Shown here: piece after piece, positions 33,181 through 48,269 of the stretch | How positions within the stretch are numbered: the stretch's first letter is position 1 | Layout of the letters: every line of letters begins with the position of its first letter | Assembly: GCF_009914755.1 (NCBI RefSeq) | Contig: NC_060928.1 | Source: the human T2T-CHM13v2.0 reference genome, Homo sapiens | Reading direction: 5' to 3' (one strand) | Length of the DNA stretch: 64,000 nucleotides | The notes under the pieces: model-generated | Told to the model about the DNA's origin: nothing | What the model saw: only the letters and a program-made list of their open reading frames with translations | The model's database searches: none | Position numbers and translations under genes: made by a program

Positions 33181-34019
33181 AAACAATAGTTTAAGGATGA
33201 AAGCAATTCAGGAAACTACCACAAGGGGAGAGGTTTGGGAGGTGGTAGACTCAGTGGTGATGAACAGGAATGTAATCATAGCCACAGATTCCCATTGTGC
33301 CACCTACTTCTAGCAAAGACTCCTTGTAATTCAGCAAGAGCATGAGAACCCAGTCTAGAGCTGTTAGAAATTGTGGAAAAACATTCTCTTTCTGGACAAA
33401 CTCTTCCGGTTAAAAGTAATTTACATGTTAAAAATAACACAACCATTGCAAATCAGAGCATTAGTATTAAAAATGTTCTAGCCAGTTTATTTTTTATAAG
33501 CCTCTGTAAGTTGTAGAATACTTGATTCGTATTGTTACTTGTCTGATTTGATGTATCTTATGCTCAAGCAACCTCTTACTTTCTTGATGAGAGAAGTGCC
33601 TTTGATAAATTCTATTTGTAACATCTCTAACAAGGCCCTTAAAGTTTTATTGATCAATTAAAGAATGCCTTATTTCTAGTAGTAAGAAAATATTTTGTTA
33701 AAATTATGCCATAAAATAAAAGTGCTCTTACATGTAAAAGCATTATAAGAGTGAATCAAAATGAATTTCCTATCTTTCATTGCAAATAACAGTTTACCAC
33801 TTCAATTAGAACTACCAATTTAACTTATGGTGCACAAAATTATGTAATAAATTTAATGACTGAAACAGTTCACATGCACAGAAAAGAAAAAGTTGTCTTG
33901 AACCTTGGCTTAAATGAAAAAGGCCATATAACAAGATAATAATTTTAGGATTGGATAAGTCACAATATGGGGGGGGCAATTTAAGTTACTTCAATTTGTC
34001 CGTAAATATGTGTGAGATT

Positions 34020-34535
34020 TTGTTTTAAGTGACAACAATGCCTTTGACATTTCTCTTATCTAGAGGGGGAGACAATGCCTTCCTCTTGAATCTGTATGGA
34101 CTGTGACTATTTCGACCAAGAGCTCACAGAGGAAAATAAAATTATACAACTTCCTAGGCTAGGTCATAAAAGAAATGCAGCTTCCTCCCTACCTGCTGGA
34201 CCACTCACACTGGAGCCACCATACAAAAAATTCAACTAATCTAACGCTACCTTCCTGTGAGCCACCATATGGAAAGGCCATATGTAGGCTCTCTAGTGGA
34301 CCACTCCTGCTGAAGGCCCAGCCAACAACCAGCATCACCTGCCAATCATGTGAGTGAGCTGCATTGGACCCCCAACCTGGTCAGGCCTGAAAATAACTGC
34401 AGGTACAGCCAACAGCTGGACCCTTTTCAAATCTTTGGCTCACAAAACTTTAGGGAAATAATGGTTATAATCATTAACTGGTTATGTTACTAATTTCAAG
34501 AGTAATTTGTTACACAGGATTAGTAATTTAGCCCA
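34020..34535 (+). mobile_element. MaLR LTR (MLT1G/H-like)
   Basis: 'ttcctaggctaggtcataaaag...cagccaacaaccagcatcacctgccaatcatgtgagtgagc...gtaatttgttacacagga'. Confidence 0.7.
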
Positions 34536-34569
34536 GTAAGTATAAAATGATCATTGTATAGCAGAAAAA

Positions 34570-34610
34570 GAAGTTTTATTACTTCTTTTGAAGTTTTATT
34601 ACTTCTTTTT
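34570..34610. repeat. Perfect 20-bp tandem duplication
   Basis: gaagttttattacttctttt x2. Confidence 0.95.
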
Positions 34611-34920
34611 CTGCTCAAGGAAAACGTAACGGAGTTTTGTTTGCCTTTTATATTTTACTTTGTTATCTGTCTAGCTGATTATCATTTTATACTTACTGGA
34701 CTAAATTACTAATCCTGTGTAACAAATTATGGAGTATAAATTTTATAAATTGCAATCTGACCACAAGGAAATGTATGGTGCAAGTATTTGTAGGGTGCAG
34801 AATTCCATCTTCCAAATAAGGTTATAAGATCGAAAAAGGTTAAAATGAAAATACAAAGAGGGTGAGTCTTTAAAGTTATCCAGGGAACACTTCATTCACT
34901 GGATCAAAAATTTAACTACA

Positions 34921-35319
<399 letters not shown>

Positions 35320-35595
35320 TTATTTTTGTTTATTTACATTATAATTTTACATATTTACAGGGTACACGTAAAATTTTGTTATATGCATAGAATGTATAAT
35401 GATCAGGTCAGGGTATTTAAGGTATCCATCACCTGAGTATTTATCATTTCTATGTGTTGGGTACATTTCAGGTCCTCTCCTTCAGCTAGTTTGAAAACTA
35501 CATTGTGGTTAACTATAGTCATGCCACGCTGCTAACAAACATTTGAACGAATTCCTTTTACGTAAATGAGTGTTGGTACCCATTAACCATTTTAA
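35320..35595 (-). mobile_element. L1MA (5/6-like) 3' end fragment
   Basis: 'catatttacagggtac...atgcatagaatgtataatgatcaggtcagggtattt..gtatccatcacc...gttaactatagtc'. Confidence 0.75.
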
Positions 35596-35754
35596 CCTCT
35601 AGCTCCAGTGGAATCATCCGATAATCAAACCCAGATCCCATATGCCTGTCCAGAATCTTGGGCCATTACCCAAATTGGAATTGTCTTGGAACTAAGTTTG
35701 AGACCAAAAAACTTCAGCCAGTTTTAGATCTTAATTCCAATCCTTTTATTTGTA

Positions 35755-37344
<1,590 letters not shown>

Positions 37345-39339
37345 TATGACTGATTGGTTTGTAATAATTGGAAGACATAGAAATAAATACAAAAACATGA
37401 AGCAAATCAGAAAATTAGTACTGTGCTTATGTGAAGCTTAAAGGTCAGTTTTCTATGTATGGTGATAATTTTTGTGTTCACATTTAAGTATTTGAAATAC
37501 TTAGAATGTCTGATGTATTTAAGGGCCAATCATATTAGGCCTCTGACAATTTTAACTGTATAAGACAATTATCTTGAGTTTTCAAACTGTGCTTGGGTTT
37601 ACACATAATATGAATTATTGTATCTAAAAATATTTACATTTATTAATTTGTAAGTGGAGTTTAAGTGCATGGGTAGATTTTGTTATATTTGTGAATCTGT
37701 CTTCTTGATATTTAAAATTCTAAGAGATTTAGTTATATGAACTTTGTGACTATAGTTTAAAATGTAAATATAATCAATCATGTAAGTGGTGTCATACATT
37801 TAAAATTTTAATCTTTCAGTATAATTGAGTTAATTTAACAATGATCAAAAAATAAAAAAAATTTTTAATATTTTTGTAAAAGTTAGCAGATTTGTAAATT
37901 AAAAACAAATCACATGTTATAGTTAAACTTGAGAAAAGTAGTTATTAAAGTCTATAGCTTTACTAAGCTGACTAGTAATTTAAACACATATGATGCAAAT
38001 AATCATTTAACATGCAAACTTTCTACTCAGACATTAGAAACGTAATTGAAAGGCTGTCTTTGGTTGTAGTACATACCCAGTAAAAACACAAATATGGATA
38101 TTATTTTTACAAATAATTTGAAATCAAATTATCAACTATGTTTTAAATCCAATTTTATGAGGCTTAGAAGCTGGCTTATTGACTGAAGACGTCAATAAAA
38201 GCATCCTAATGTGAAGAAATCAAACCCAGATATAGTAAATACTTTATATATCAGAGATCACCTATAAATAAACAGCAAGCTAAATGTATTTTGGACCGCA
38301 AAGGCCATATGAACTTGGGCTACAAATTCACATGAGGACTGCCTTGTAAATTTTTCATGCAATTATTTCATGGGAAATAATTTTCCTCCATTTGAAAAAG
38401 AGAGGCCAGGTTCTCTCCTGCCTCTCTTTGAGGAGTGGGCCCCCTTCTAATTCGCTCTTTCACTGAGGATGTAACACTTTGGGCCTTATTGCATGTCTCC
38501 TGGCTGACTCCCTTGTTGTATGGGTCTAGGTTTTGCCTCATGTAACTCACACCCCATGTGGCTATCAAAACAGAAGTACAAGGTGACAGGGGATTATAGA
38601 TTCTCTCATTTTTAACTGCTTATCTTCCTAGATTCCCACGTTCAATTTTATTTTTTAGCATTAAAGGAGATTTCCTACTTTTACAAAAGGTTGGAAATGC
38701 AATTAAAATACAGTTCTAAAAAAAATACAGTTTAAAAGTACTGGTCCACCATACTTCCACATTATTTTTAAGATAAGCAATTTAGTTATCACCACATTCC
38801 AACTATAAAATTATAATCATACTAAACTAAAAATTGGAAGTAGATAACACCAGTCACCCAACCAAAAAATATAAATAAATGAATTTCCATAAATTTTTCA
38901 AAAATATTTTTTCATAATCAGAAATTTAAAAGTTGATGAATTTTTGTTACTTGCTATTATTTTTTCATTACAGCAAATTTGACTCAACATTATTACAATG
39001 ACAGCTTTCATAGGTCAAATAAGAAAGGGAGTAAAAAGAGAATTACAAATTTCAAAATGTGCTTTGGATATTTTGACAAATTTTAAGAAAAAAGACAAAA
39101 GTCGCTTTATTAAGTTTTTTTCTAGTAAGTAATTACTGAGAAAATGGATAGTTGATTTTTACTGATGATGCTTTTATGTATAGGAAAACACAACTCAATA
39201 TCTATATAGATATTGCTCTTAGAAGCCAGCTTATCTAAATTATTCAGCCTCAATCTATATTTGTAAAGCAATTACGAATATATCTAACTCAGCAAAAAAA
39301 CATTTTACTCTTTTCTGAAATTACAAGGGCAATATGTTA

Positions 39340-39480
39340 TAATGGGAAACTTCAGCAGGAGAAAATGGTTGATATTTGTCATTACTTCTCCAGAGTCTTA
39401 GCTATGAGACCTTGGCAAGCCATTCAAACTTCTCAGGACTCAGTCATCCCATTTAACATATAGGATTAATTGATTGCCAC
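39340..39480 (+). mobile_element. MIR fragment
   Basis: 'tagctatgagaccttggcaagccattcaaacttctcaggactcagt' is the MIR core. Confidence 0.5.
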
Positions 39481-41058
39481 CTTGAGGCCAGGAAGAGAGA
39501 GGATTAATGGAAATTTCTTGAAAATTTTAGGCTAATAATGTGGCACAGTCATTTTTCTTTTATTTTCTTTCTCTCTCTCTGTCTTTTTTACTGCCCTCCC
39601 CCACCTGCCACATATTTCAGATTCTCTCAGCTGTATAGTAGTGTCTTAATGTGACTGCACTGTCTTCAGGACACATTTTAGTCTACAATGAAATAATCAC
39701 ACACTTACAAACACTGACTTTGCAAAATAACAACGCAGCTAAAGGCAAATGTGGAGATGAGCTTAAAATGAATTTCAGTTACTTAAGTTGATGTCAATCA
39801 TCCTCTAATGCAGAAAGAAAAAAAAATTAACCAACAGTTACGACAGACTTCAAATATCAAGAAAAATTATGGCCAATGGTCTAAGGGCCTTCTTGGACTC
39901 CAGAGAGAAACAAAAAATGCAGTTAGGAGACTGAATGAAGACATTTGGAGAAGAGATAATACAACCATATTATTCTGTGTTCTAAGAATATATTTTATAT
40001 TCAATTCTTCTGCATTATGGAGTCTTATTCTTGGACTTCTTACAGCTAACATTCCAAATAGAAAACCCTGGATATCGTTAGCTTTCTTGAGTAGTTGAGT
40101 TTACATTTCATTGCCTTCTCAATTCATTACACAGAGCAATTTTACTTAGCCAAAAATTATTTTTACAGTGTTTTTGTAAAAAGTCTAACTACTAGGGAAT
40201 ATGCAATGACTGCTTATAGCTACAGTCCTGGCTCATGATTTATTTTACAAGTCTTTCCTCACAGTTCTTCGCTAAATGGACATTCTTTGTGTTTTATTAC
40301 AAGTTTCTTCCATTGCATCATGCTCTCGGTGGGATGGTGTGCCTATATTTTATTTTACTCCCGCCATTAATTACCTGTGGGCCTATATCATGTCTCCCTA
40401 AGACCCATTTATTATAATGGTGCCTGCTGGTGTCCCTGCAGCTAGCAGTCTGTCAGCATTTCCATTAGAAACCCCATTTCACAGGGGCTTAAAATTCAGC
40501 TGTAAAATTGTGCTTTAGGCTGTACATGTTTAAAGTACATGGTATGAGCTATGAAACTCCTTATTTTTAGCTCCAACAAGACAAATTTCCATAAAAAGCT
40601 GTTTCAAAATTGATGTGCATGTAGGCTCTAATTTTTGTGGAAACAAGTAACGTGTTTTTCTACGAACAATCTTATAAAATATGTATGTTTATATTTTATT
40701 CTTCTCAAAATGGACACATATTTCTGCATGGTTTATAGGAAAATTAGTACAATCTAGGTGACAGGTGTGCTTTCATGTTTCTTTGTTTCTTTAATTTTAT
40801 TAAAAATACATATGACTGCTAACTTTTTAAAGATTTTGAAATGTGTATTCATTCATGGAGAAAACAAAATATTGCATTGACAATATAAAGCTGAATTTTA
40901 AAATTTTTTTGAGAGTTATCTATGGAGTTGTTCATTGCCCAGTATTCAAAGATGAATGTTATTTACCATAGGAAATACTTTGGAATTAAGAAATCATAAG
41001 TGTCTAAAGAGTTATCATCCCAAGAAATCCTAAAATTACCCCTTTCTTTGGTATGACA

Positions 41059-41252
41059 TGGGTATGGGATACAGACAAAATACAGGAAGCCCAGTTAAAT
41101 ATTAATTTCAAATAAAAAATATTTTAGTATAACTATATCCCAAATATTGCAGGAGAAATATTGATACTAAAAATGTTTATATTTTGTGTTTATCTGAGAT
41201 TCTTACTTAACAGAGTATCCTGTATTTTTATTAGCTAAATCTGGCAACCATA
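41059..41252. mobile_element. MER53 palindromic MITE
   Basis: 'aaaatacaggaagcccagttaaat...ttttagtataa...cccaaatattg...atactaaaaa...tttatctgagatt...ttaacagagtatcctgtatttttatt.gctaaatctggcaacc'; the arms are mutually complementary. Confidence 0.85.
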
Positions 41253-41701
41253 GAGATCAGCAACTATTTTCACATTCTTCACGCTAAAATTAGAATTCAG
41301 TGTTATAGAACATCTGAGTAATAAATGAATAGGAAATAATGTTTGCTCTCTTAAAATATTGCATAGGCTATAAAAACACTTCCTCAAGAGTAAGTTTTTC
41401 ATTAAAAAATATTCTTATATATATAAATCAAAGGGAAATAATATGACCAAGGGAAAAATAGAGAGGCATCTTTAATGGAAAGAGGTTCCCTAAGAATGAA
41501 AATGGAGACATCTGGACTCAAAGACACTAAGGGAAGGAAAGATACTGACAAAAAAAATAAAATGTCATATCTAAATCAGTAGTGCCTCTTATGAACTCTA
41601 TCCTAAATCTTTGACTTAATTCTGAAGTACACAATTACTAAATACATTTAAGTACTTTGATTCATAAAATTAACTCGGTAAAAAAAGACCACATTTAAAA
41701 A

Positions 41702-41789
41702 TAAATTTCAAAATATTTGGCTCATTCATGCAACCAATAAAAGTTTAAATTTCAAAATATTTGGCTCATTCATGCAACCAATAAAAGTT
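41702..41789. repeat. Perfect 44-bp tandem duplication
   Basis: taaatttcaaaatatttggctcattcatgcaaccaataaaagtt x2 with no mismatches. Confidence 0.97.
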
Positions 41790-42434
41790 TTTAAACAACT
41801 TCAAGAGGCTGGATGAAAATGAATGGAACTAGTAGCTGGGTGAATTGCTAAGAAATTAATTGGGAATAGGGGACTGAAAGAGTTGTGTTGTCACAGCAGT
41901 AGTAGGAATGAAGGTAGTCATAAAACAATGTCTTCAGTAAGAATTAATTATACAGCTAAAACAAGAATATTCACATAGGACAGCATAATACAAGGGGAGG
42001 ATGAATGACTTATGAGAAGGAACTTGTTTTTTAGCTAGTTAGATGGGCTATAATTGAACAAAACATAAACATTTCAAAACATGGGTGAATTCATGAGAAG
42101 GGAGTTTTCTGAATGTGTATGTGTAGGGAAAAAAGAAAATAAAATCATATATATAAAAGAAACTATAATAAATATTAAGTGAATATGAATGTAGGAGTCA
42201 AATGTATATGATAAGAAATAGCTCAGGCTTTTCAGAACTTAAAACATAGTTGAAGCTGCAAGACATGAAATAATTCAAAAGTATATCTCACCATGTACTT
42301 TATGTCACAAGGTGAAGTTGTTTTTCAAATTGCTTTTTAAATTGTTCTCTTTGCTTGTAACTACTATTGAACTTCTTCAGCTATCACTGAATATCTTCAC
42401 TTGTAACAAATTCTCACATTTTAAGAGTGGATTT

Positions 42435-43160
42435 GATTTTTTTGATTGTGGTAAAATATGCATAATGTAAAATTTACCATTTTATATGTTACAACTCAAT
42501 GACATTAAATATATTCACAATGTTGTATAATCATTGCCACTATCTATTTCCAGAACTTCATCATCCCAAACAGAAACTCTTTACCCCATTAAACATTGAT
42601 TCCCCATTCTCCTCTCCTTCTGGCCCCTGTTAACCTGTCTACTTTCTGTCTCTGAATTTACTTATTGTTGCTACCTCATATATGTGGAATCATACAAAAT
42701 TTGTTTTTTTATGTCTAGTTTATTTCACTTAGCACAATGTTTTAAAGTTTCATCATGTTGTTGTAACGTGTCAGAATTGCACTGCTTTTTATGAGTGAAT
42801 GATATTCCAAATTGTTCATATTCTACATTTTGTTTATTCATTGATCTGCTGATGGACATTTGTGTTGTTTCCACCTATTGGCTATTGTGAATAATGCTAG
42901 TGTAAGCATTAGTGTGCAAGTATCTGTGTCCCTGCTTTTGATTCATTTGGGTGTATACTTAGGATGAAATTACTGGATTATATGGTAAAGCTATGTTTAA
43001 TTCTTAAAGAGCTATCAGTTTTTTTCCATACTGGTTGCATCATTGCACATCTTGACCAACACTAAATGAGTTTTAATTTCCCCTTACACTAACCAAAATT
43101 TATTCTCTGATTATTTATCACACTCATCCTAGCAAGTCTGAAATGATATCTCATTGTAAT
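42435..43160 (-). mobile_element. L1MB (2/3-like) 3' end
   Basis: 'ttgtggtaaaatatgcataa.gtaaaatttaccatttt...ccactatctatttccagaac...gatggacatttgtgttgtttccacct..ggctattgtgaataatgct'. Confidence 0.85.
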
Positions 43161-44156
43161 GAAAGTGCGCCCATGATACACAGAGCGAAGGGTGGAAGAC
43201 TTACTTATTCAAGGCATTTAAGAAAATATCTGCCCAATCATTACGTGAAAACTAAACTGAGCAGAGAATTCAGTGATGGCATACAACCAAAAATTCAGTC
43301 TTTACAATATTCCTGTAAAGTCAGAAAAAAAAAAAACAGCTAAATAACAAGAACAAAACAGCAACAAACACAAACCTGAGGGAAGGGCATCTGAGCTCCA
43401 GAGCTGTCACTATTATCTTATTTGTCTAGTTTGTACCAAACAAATATAAGCCATGAGAGAAAAACACATACAAAAAACCCAGGAAGGTATAGCACATAGA
43501 ATGTTGTGCTTTTGTAAATATAACAACAGAACTTTATCTAAATTGACTGAGAAAAATCAAATTAGTAAAATCAGTAATGAAGGACATTTCTAATGACCTT
43601 ATTAAATGTATACATATATCAAAACATCACATTGTACCGCATAAATATGTAAAATTATTGTTTGTCACTTGGACCAGATGGTGTGGTTGTGAATTCTACT
43701 AAACCTTTAAAGAAGAATTAATATCAATACAATATTTACTTTGGCTATCAAAATACAGAAAGAGATGAATCATGAGAAAAAAATCTAAACTACAGAAAAA
43801 TATCCCTTATGAAGACAAATATAAACATCCTCACAAAATTTTAACAGAATCCAACACAGTCAAAAAAGATTGAACACAATCTGTTTTTTATGCCAGGAAT
43901 ACAAGGTTGCTTTAACATTTGAAAATTAATGTACCACACCATATTAACAGAAAAGGCGACAAAAACCACATGACCATCTCAGTAAATGTGGAAGAATTTG
44001 AAAAGTCCAACACCTCTTCTTGAAAACATCTATGAAATTCCACAAATAATCATATTTCATGGTGAAAAACAAATGAATGTTTCTCTGCCAAGATCAGAAA
44101 CAACTCAAGATGTATGGTCTCATCACTTACATTAAATTTTATACTGGAGGTTCTGG

Positions 44157-44612
44157 TAATAGAGGCAGGAGGCAGAGAACTCTCCTAGGCAGACATGGGA
44201 GGGTCCCCGGAGAGCCTTCAACCCACCCAGGTCATTGTACAATGGGGGCTTGCCTAAACACGCCCATGGTGAAAAATTCCATCCCTTAACACATGCACAA
44301 TAAGGGAAATAAATCAATGTGGAGTGGCTCAAACAACGGGCCCACATGTGCATTGGAAGGACAGGGTGGTGCCACCCGAAATTCGCACCTTATGCAAGGG
44401 AGGAGCCTGGCCTTTTCAGCTCACGCGTGGAAATACTGTATTCCATCGTGAAGGGGAAACCTGCTTGGAGAGCCCCTCTATTTGCTGAGAGTTTTCCTTT
44501 TGCTTAATAAATTGTCCTTCTCACCCTTCAATGTGTCTGTGTGCCTAATTTTTCCTGGTTATGAGACAAAAATCCAGATTCAGCTGAACTAAAGAGCAAA
44601 AATGCCACATCA
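44157..44612 (+). mobile_element. ERV1-class solo LTR inserted in L1 ORF2 (subfamily not assigned)
   Basis: Starts 't(a)atagaggcaggaggcagaga', has 'gcttaataaa', ends 'gctgaactaaagagcaaaaatgccacatca'. TSD ctgg/ctag; L1 sequence resumes colinearly on both sides. Confidence 0.85.
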
Positions 44613-45003
44613 CTAGGGAGGAAAATCAAGCAAGAAAGTAAAATAAGAGGCATCCGTATTGAAAAGAAAGAAATAAAATTAACTCTATCTGTACAGAATG
44701 TTATCTTGTATACAGGAAATCCAAAGGCATGAACAAAAGAACTATCAAAATACATTAACAAATTCATCCATATTGTGGGATAAAAGAACAGTATACCAAC
44801 AAAATCTGTCATATTTGAATACAGAGCAATGGGCAATCCAAAATGAAATTTAAAACATGTTTGTTTATCAAAAAGAAACATTTTAGAAATAAATTTAACA
44901 AAACATGAGCAAGACTTGTACATTGAAAATGACAAAACATTATTGAAAGAAATTAAAGACATCAATAGAAACACTTCTCATGTTTACAGATACAAAGCAT
45001 TCA

Positions 45004-45308
45004 GGCCGGGCACGGTGGCTCATGCCTGTAATCCCAGCACTTTGGGAGGCCGAGGCGGGCAGATCAGGAGGTCAGGAGATCGAGACCATCCTGGCTAACA
45101 CAGTGAAACCCCGTCTCTACTAAAAATACAAAAAATTAGCCGGGCGAGGTGGCAGGCACCTGTAGTCCCAGCTATTCGGGAGGCAGAGGCAGGAGAATGG
45201 CGTGAACCCCGGGGGGCGGAGCCTGCAGTGAGCCGAGATTGTGCTACTGCACTCCAGCCTGGGCGACAGCGAGACTCCGTCTCAAAAAAAAAAAAAAAAA
45301 AAAAAAAA
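45004..45308 (+). mobile_element. AluYe5-like
   Basis: 'gggcgaggtgg', 'gaaccccggggggcggagcctgcag' and 'gacagcgagactcc' match the recalled AluYe5 diagnostics. Long pure poly(A); TSD aaagcattca. Confidence 0.88.
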
Positions 45309-45989
45309 AAAGCATTCATATTATTAAGATCGTTGTTCTCCTCAAATGCAATTTCTGGTGCAATGCAATTCCTATCATAATCCTAACTGCCTTTTTCTTT
45401 AAGAAATTGACAAGCTGTTCCTAAAATTCATATGGAAATAAAAGGTAACCAAAATAATCATAAAAAATAAAGACAAAGTTGGAGAACTTACATTATATAT
45501 TTTTTTCACTTCAAATTTACTACTAAGCTACACTAATCAAAGCAGTGTTATACGGGCATAAGGATAAGCACATAGATAAATGGAATAGAATTGAAAGTCC
45601 AGAAATACACCCTTGCATTTAGTATCAATTGATTTTCAACAAGGGTGCCAAGACAATTCAATGGGAGAAAGAATAGCCTTTTCTACAAATCATTTTAGGA
45701 AAACTAGATATCCACATAAAGTAGAATAAAGCTGTGCCCTCCTTTCACACCATATACAAAAATTAGTTCAAAATGGAGTATAAACTAATGGTATGAGATA
45801 AAACAATACAACTCAGAATAAAATATAAGGGTGAAACTTCACACACTTGAGTTGTCGAAAGTCTTATAAATAACAGCAAAACCGTGTGACAAAATTTAAA
45901 AAGATCAATTGAACTTTGTCAAAATTATCAAATTTCGTGTCTTGAAAAACACTATTGAGATACTAAAAAATAATTCTTTGGCCACATCT

Positions 45990-46371
45990 TATAAACAGAA
46001 TGGACTCCCACCCAAAATTTGGTTACTGATGTCAAGACTGCTGACAACACACATGCACCAACAGGTTATGAAATACATTCCCTCATAGGATGACGCTTTC
46101 TAGGTGAGCAAGCTGGCTCCCAAGAAGGTGTAAAAATGTCTTGAGAGCCAAGAAAGGACAATGGTTTGGGGGTTTTATGGGGGTTATAAGATGAGGCTGG
46201 GCTGAGGGTCCCCCTGTGTGGTTTGAACTTCCCTTCAGTGCCAAAGGTGGGAAAACCCAGACTTTCTTATCATCATGGTCCAGTGCGGGACAGAAGGGGA
46301 AGACATTAGGATGGGGTTTTAAAAGCTGCCAAGAGTCACACATCAATAATGGAGTCAGACTCTTTATTATA
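45990..46371 (-). mobile_element. Solo LTR (LTR47-like) inserted in L1
   Basis: Non-L1 block whose reverse complement starts 't(a)taataaagagtctgactccatt..tgatgt.tgact..tggcagctttta'. Subfamily tentative. Confidence 0.55.
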
Positions 46372-47885
46372 ACAATCCAGTAAAAGGGAAAACAATTGCA
46401 AAACATATAACTGATACAGCTCTTGTATTTAGCATAAAGAAACTACTCTTACAATTCAGTAGTGAAAAAACAAATAACCCATTCAAAAATAAGGAAAAAT
46501 ATCTTAATAGACTGTTTTCAAGGAAAAATATGCAAATGGCTAAGAAACACATGAAAAGATACTCAGCATCATTAGCCAGAAGGGAAATGCTAATCAAAAC
46601 TATAATGAGATACCACTTTATACTCACTAGGACGGCTCAGATAAAAAAAACAGATGATAACAAATGTTGGTGAGGATATGGAGAAATTGTAATTATCATA
46701 TATTGCTGTGGGATTTTAAAGTGGTGAAGTCACATTGGAAAGCAGTTTGGCAGTTCCTCAAAATGTATTATAAAACAGAGACAATATGACCAGCAATTTA
46801 CACTCCTGGGTATATATCCAAGAGAAGTGAAAACATATGTCCACAAAAAATTCCACATAAATGTCCATAGCAGTGTTACACATAATACCTCAGAAATGGA
46901 AATAATACAGATGTCCAGCAACTGATGAGTGGATAACAAAATGTAGTATGTCCATATAATTCAATATCATTCAGAAATAAAAAGGAATGATGTACTGATA
47001 CGTGTTACAACATGAATGAACCTTGAAATTATTATATTGTAAAAAGAATTCAGCCAGAAAAGGCATTGTATGATTTCATTTATATGAAATGTCCAGAACA
47101 GGCAAAACCACAGAGACAGAAAGTAGATTTGTGTTTGCCTGGGAGTGGGGAGAATGAAGAATTAAGAGTGATTGTTAAATGGTATGGAGTTTGTGTTTGA
47201 GGTGTTGAAATTCTTCTATAATTAGATAGTGGTGATGGTTGCAGAACTCTGCTAATATATTAAACTGTTCAGTTGTATGGTTTTTGAATTATATCACAAT
47301 AAAACACACTCCCCTATACACACACCAACTGACCCCAAATCTCTTAAAAGTAATGATTACGATCCTCTTTGCATTTATGTGCAAATCTTGGAAGACATTT
47401 ATTTTCATCAGTATGTTGTGCTAATGTATTTAACATGGTTATATAGAGTGGTAGTGAAAATTATTTGAAGAATATAACTTTTTACAGCTCAAGTTGGAGG
47501 AGTGCTATATTCTGCAGTTTTTCATCTTTGATGTGTTGAGTTGGGCCTACATTATTCTGCCCTTGGGGATGCCCTGTTTTTTAATTTTTCTGCTGTCATT
47601 TCATATGCAATTGTCCATTGGAAAAAAGAGGTATAAGGCTGTGAGGATAATGTCCACTCACAGACAATATCTCTTTGAAGGAGGGTGGGTGATCTTGCAG
47701 GATTGTCTGGTTCAATCCTGTCTACTGCCTGTGGCTCCAGTTTGGATAATAAACTATATGGTCCATGATCAGGATTCTATTTAATTAGGTTAAATTATTT
47801 AATAAAGCAGTTTGGAGTTGGGAACATCTTTTATTTGCTTGAGAAATTAACTATTAAACCTGTAGCTTTTAAAAATTACCAAGTA

Positions 47886-48180
<295 letters not shown>

Positions 48181-48269
48181 TTACCAAATAATTTGTAACA
48201 AATTACCAAGTGATATGTAAAATCTACATTCTTAGTCCATCCCATAGTCTTACCCCTTCCCTGCCTAAG

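Larger units (their letters stand above)
43200..47305 (+). mobile_element. Old L1 (L1MB-like), fragmented 5' piece, ORF2 and 3' UTR, interrupted by two LTRs and an AluYe5
   Basis: ORF2-like 'ggaccagatgg...gaattctactaaacctttaaagaagaa', 'aagggtgccaagacaattcaatggg' and 'atgagataccacttt'. 3' end 'tagatagtggtgatggttgca...gaattatatcacaataaa'. Confidence 0.85.

Noticed and set aside
42435-47305. Twin-priming inversion joining the minus and plus L1s near 43160
   Set aside because: Each piece has its own 3' UTR of apparently different L1MB type, so these are independent insertions.
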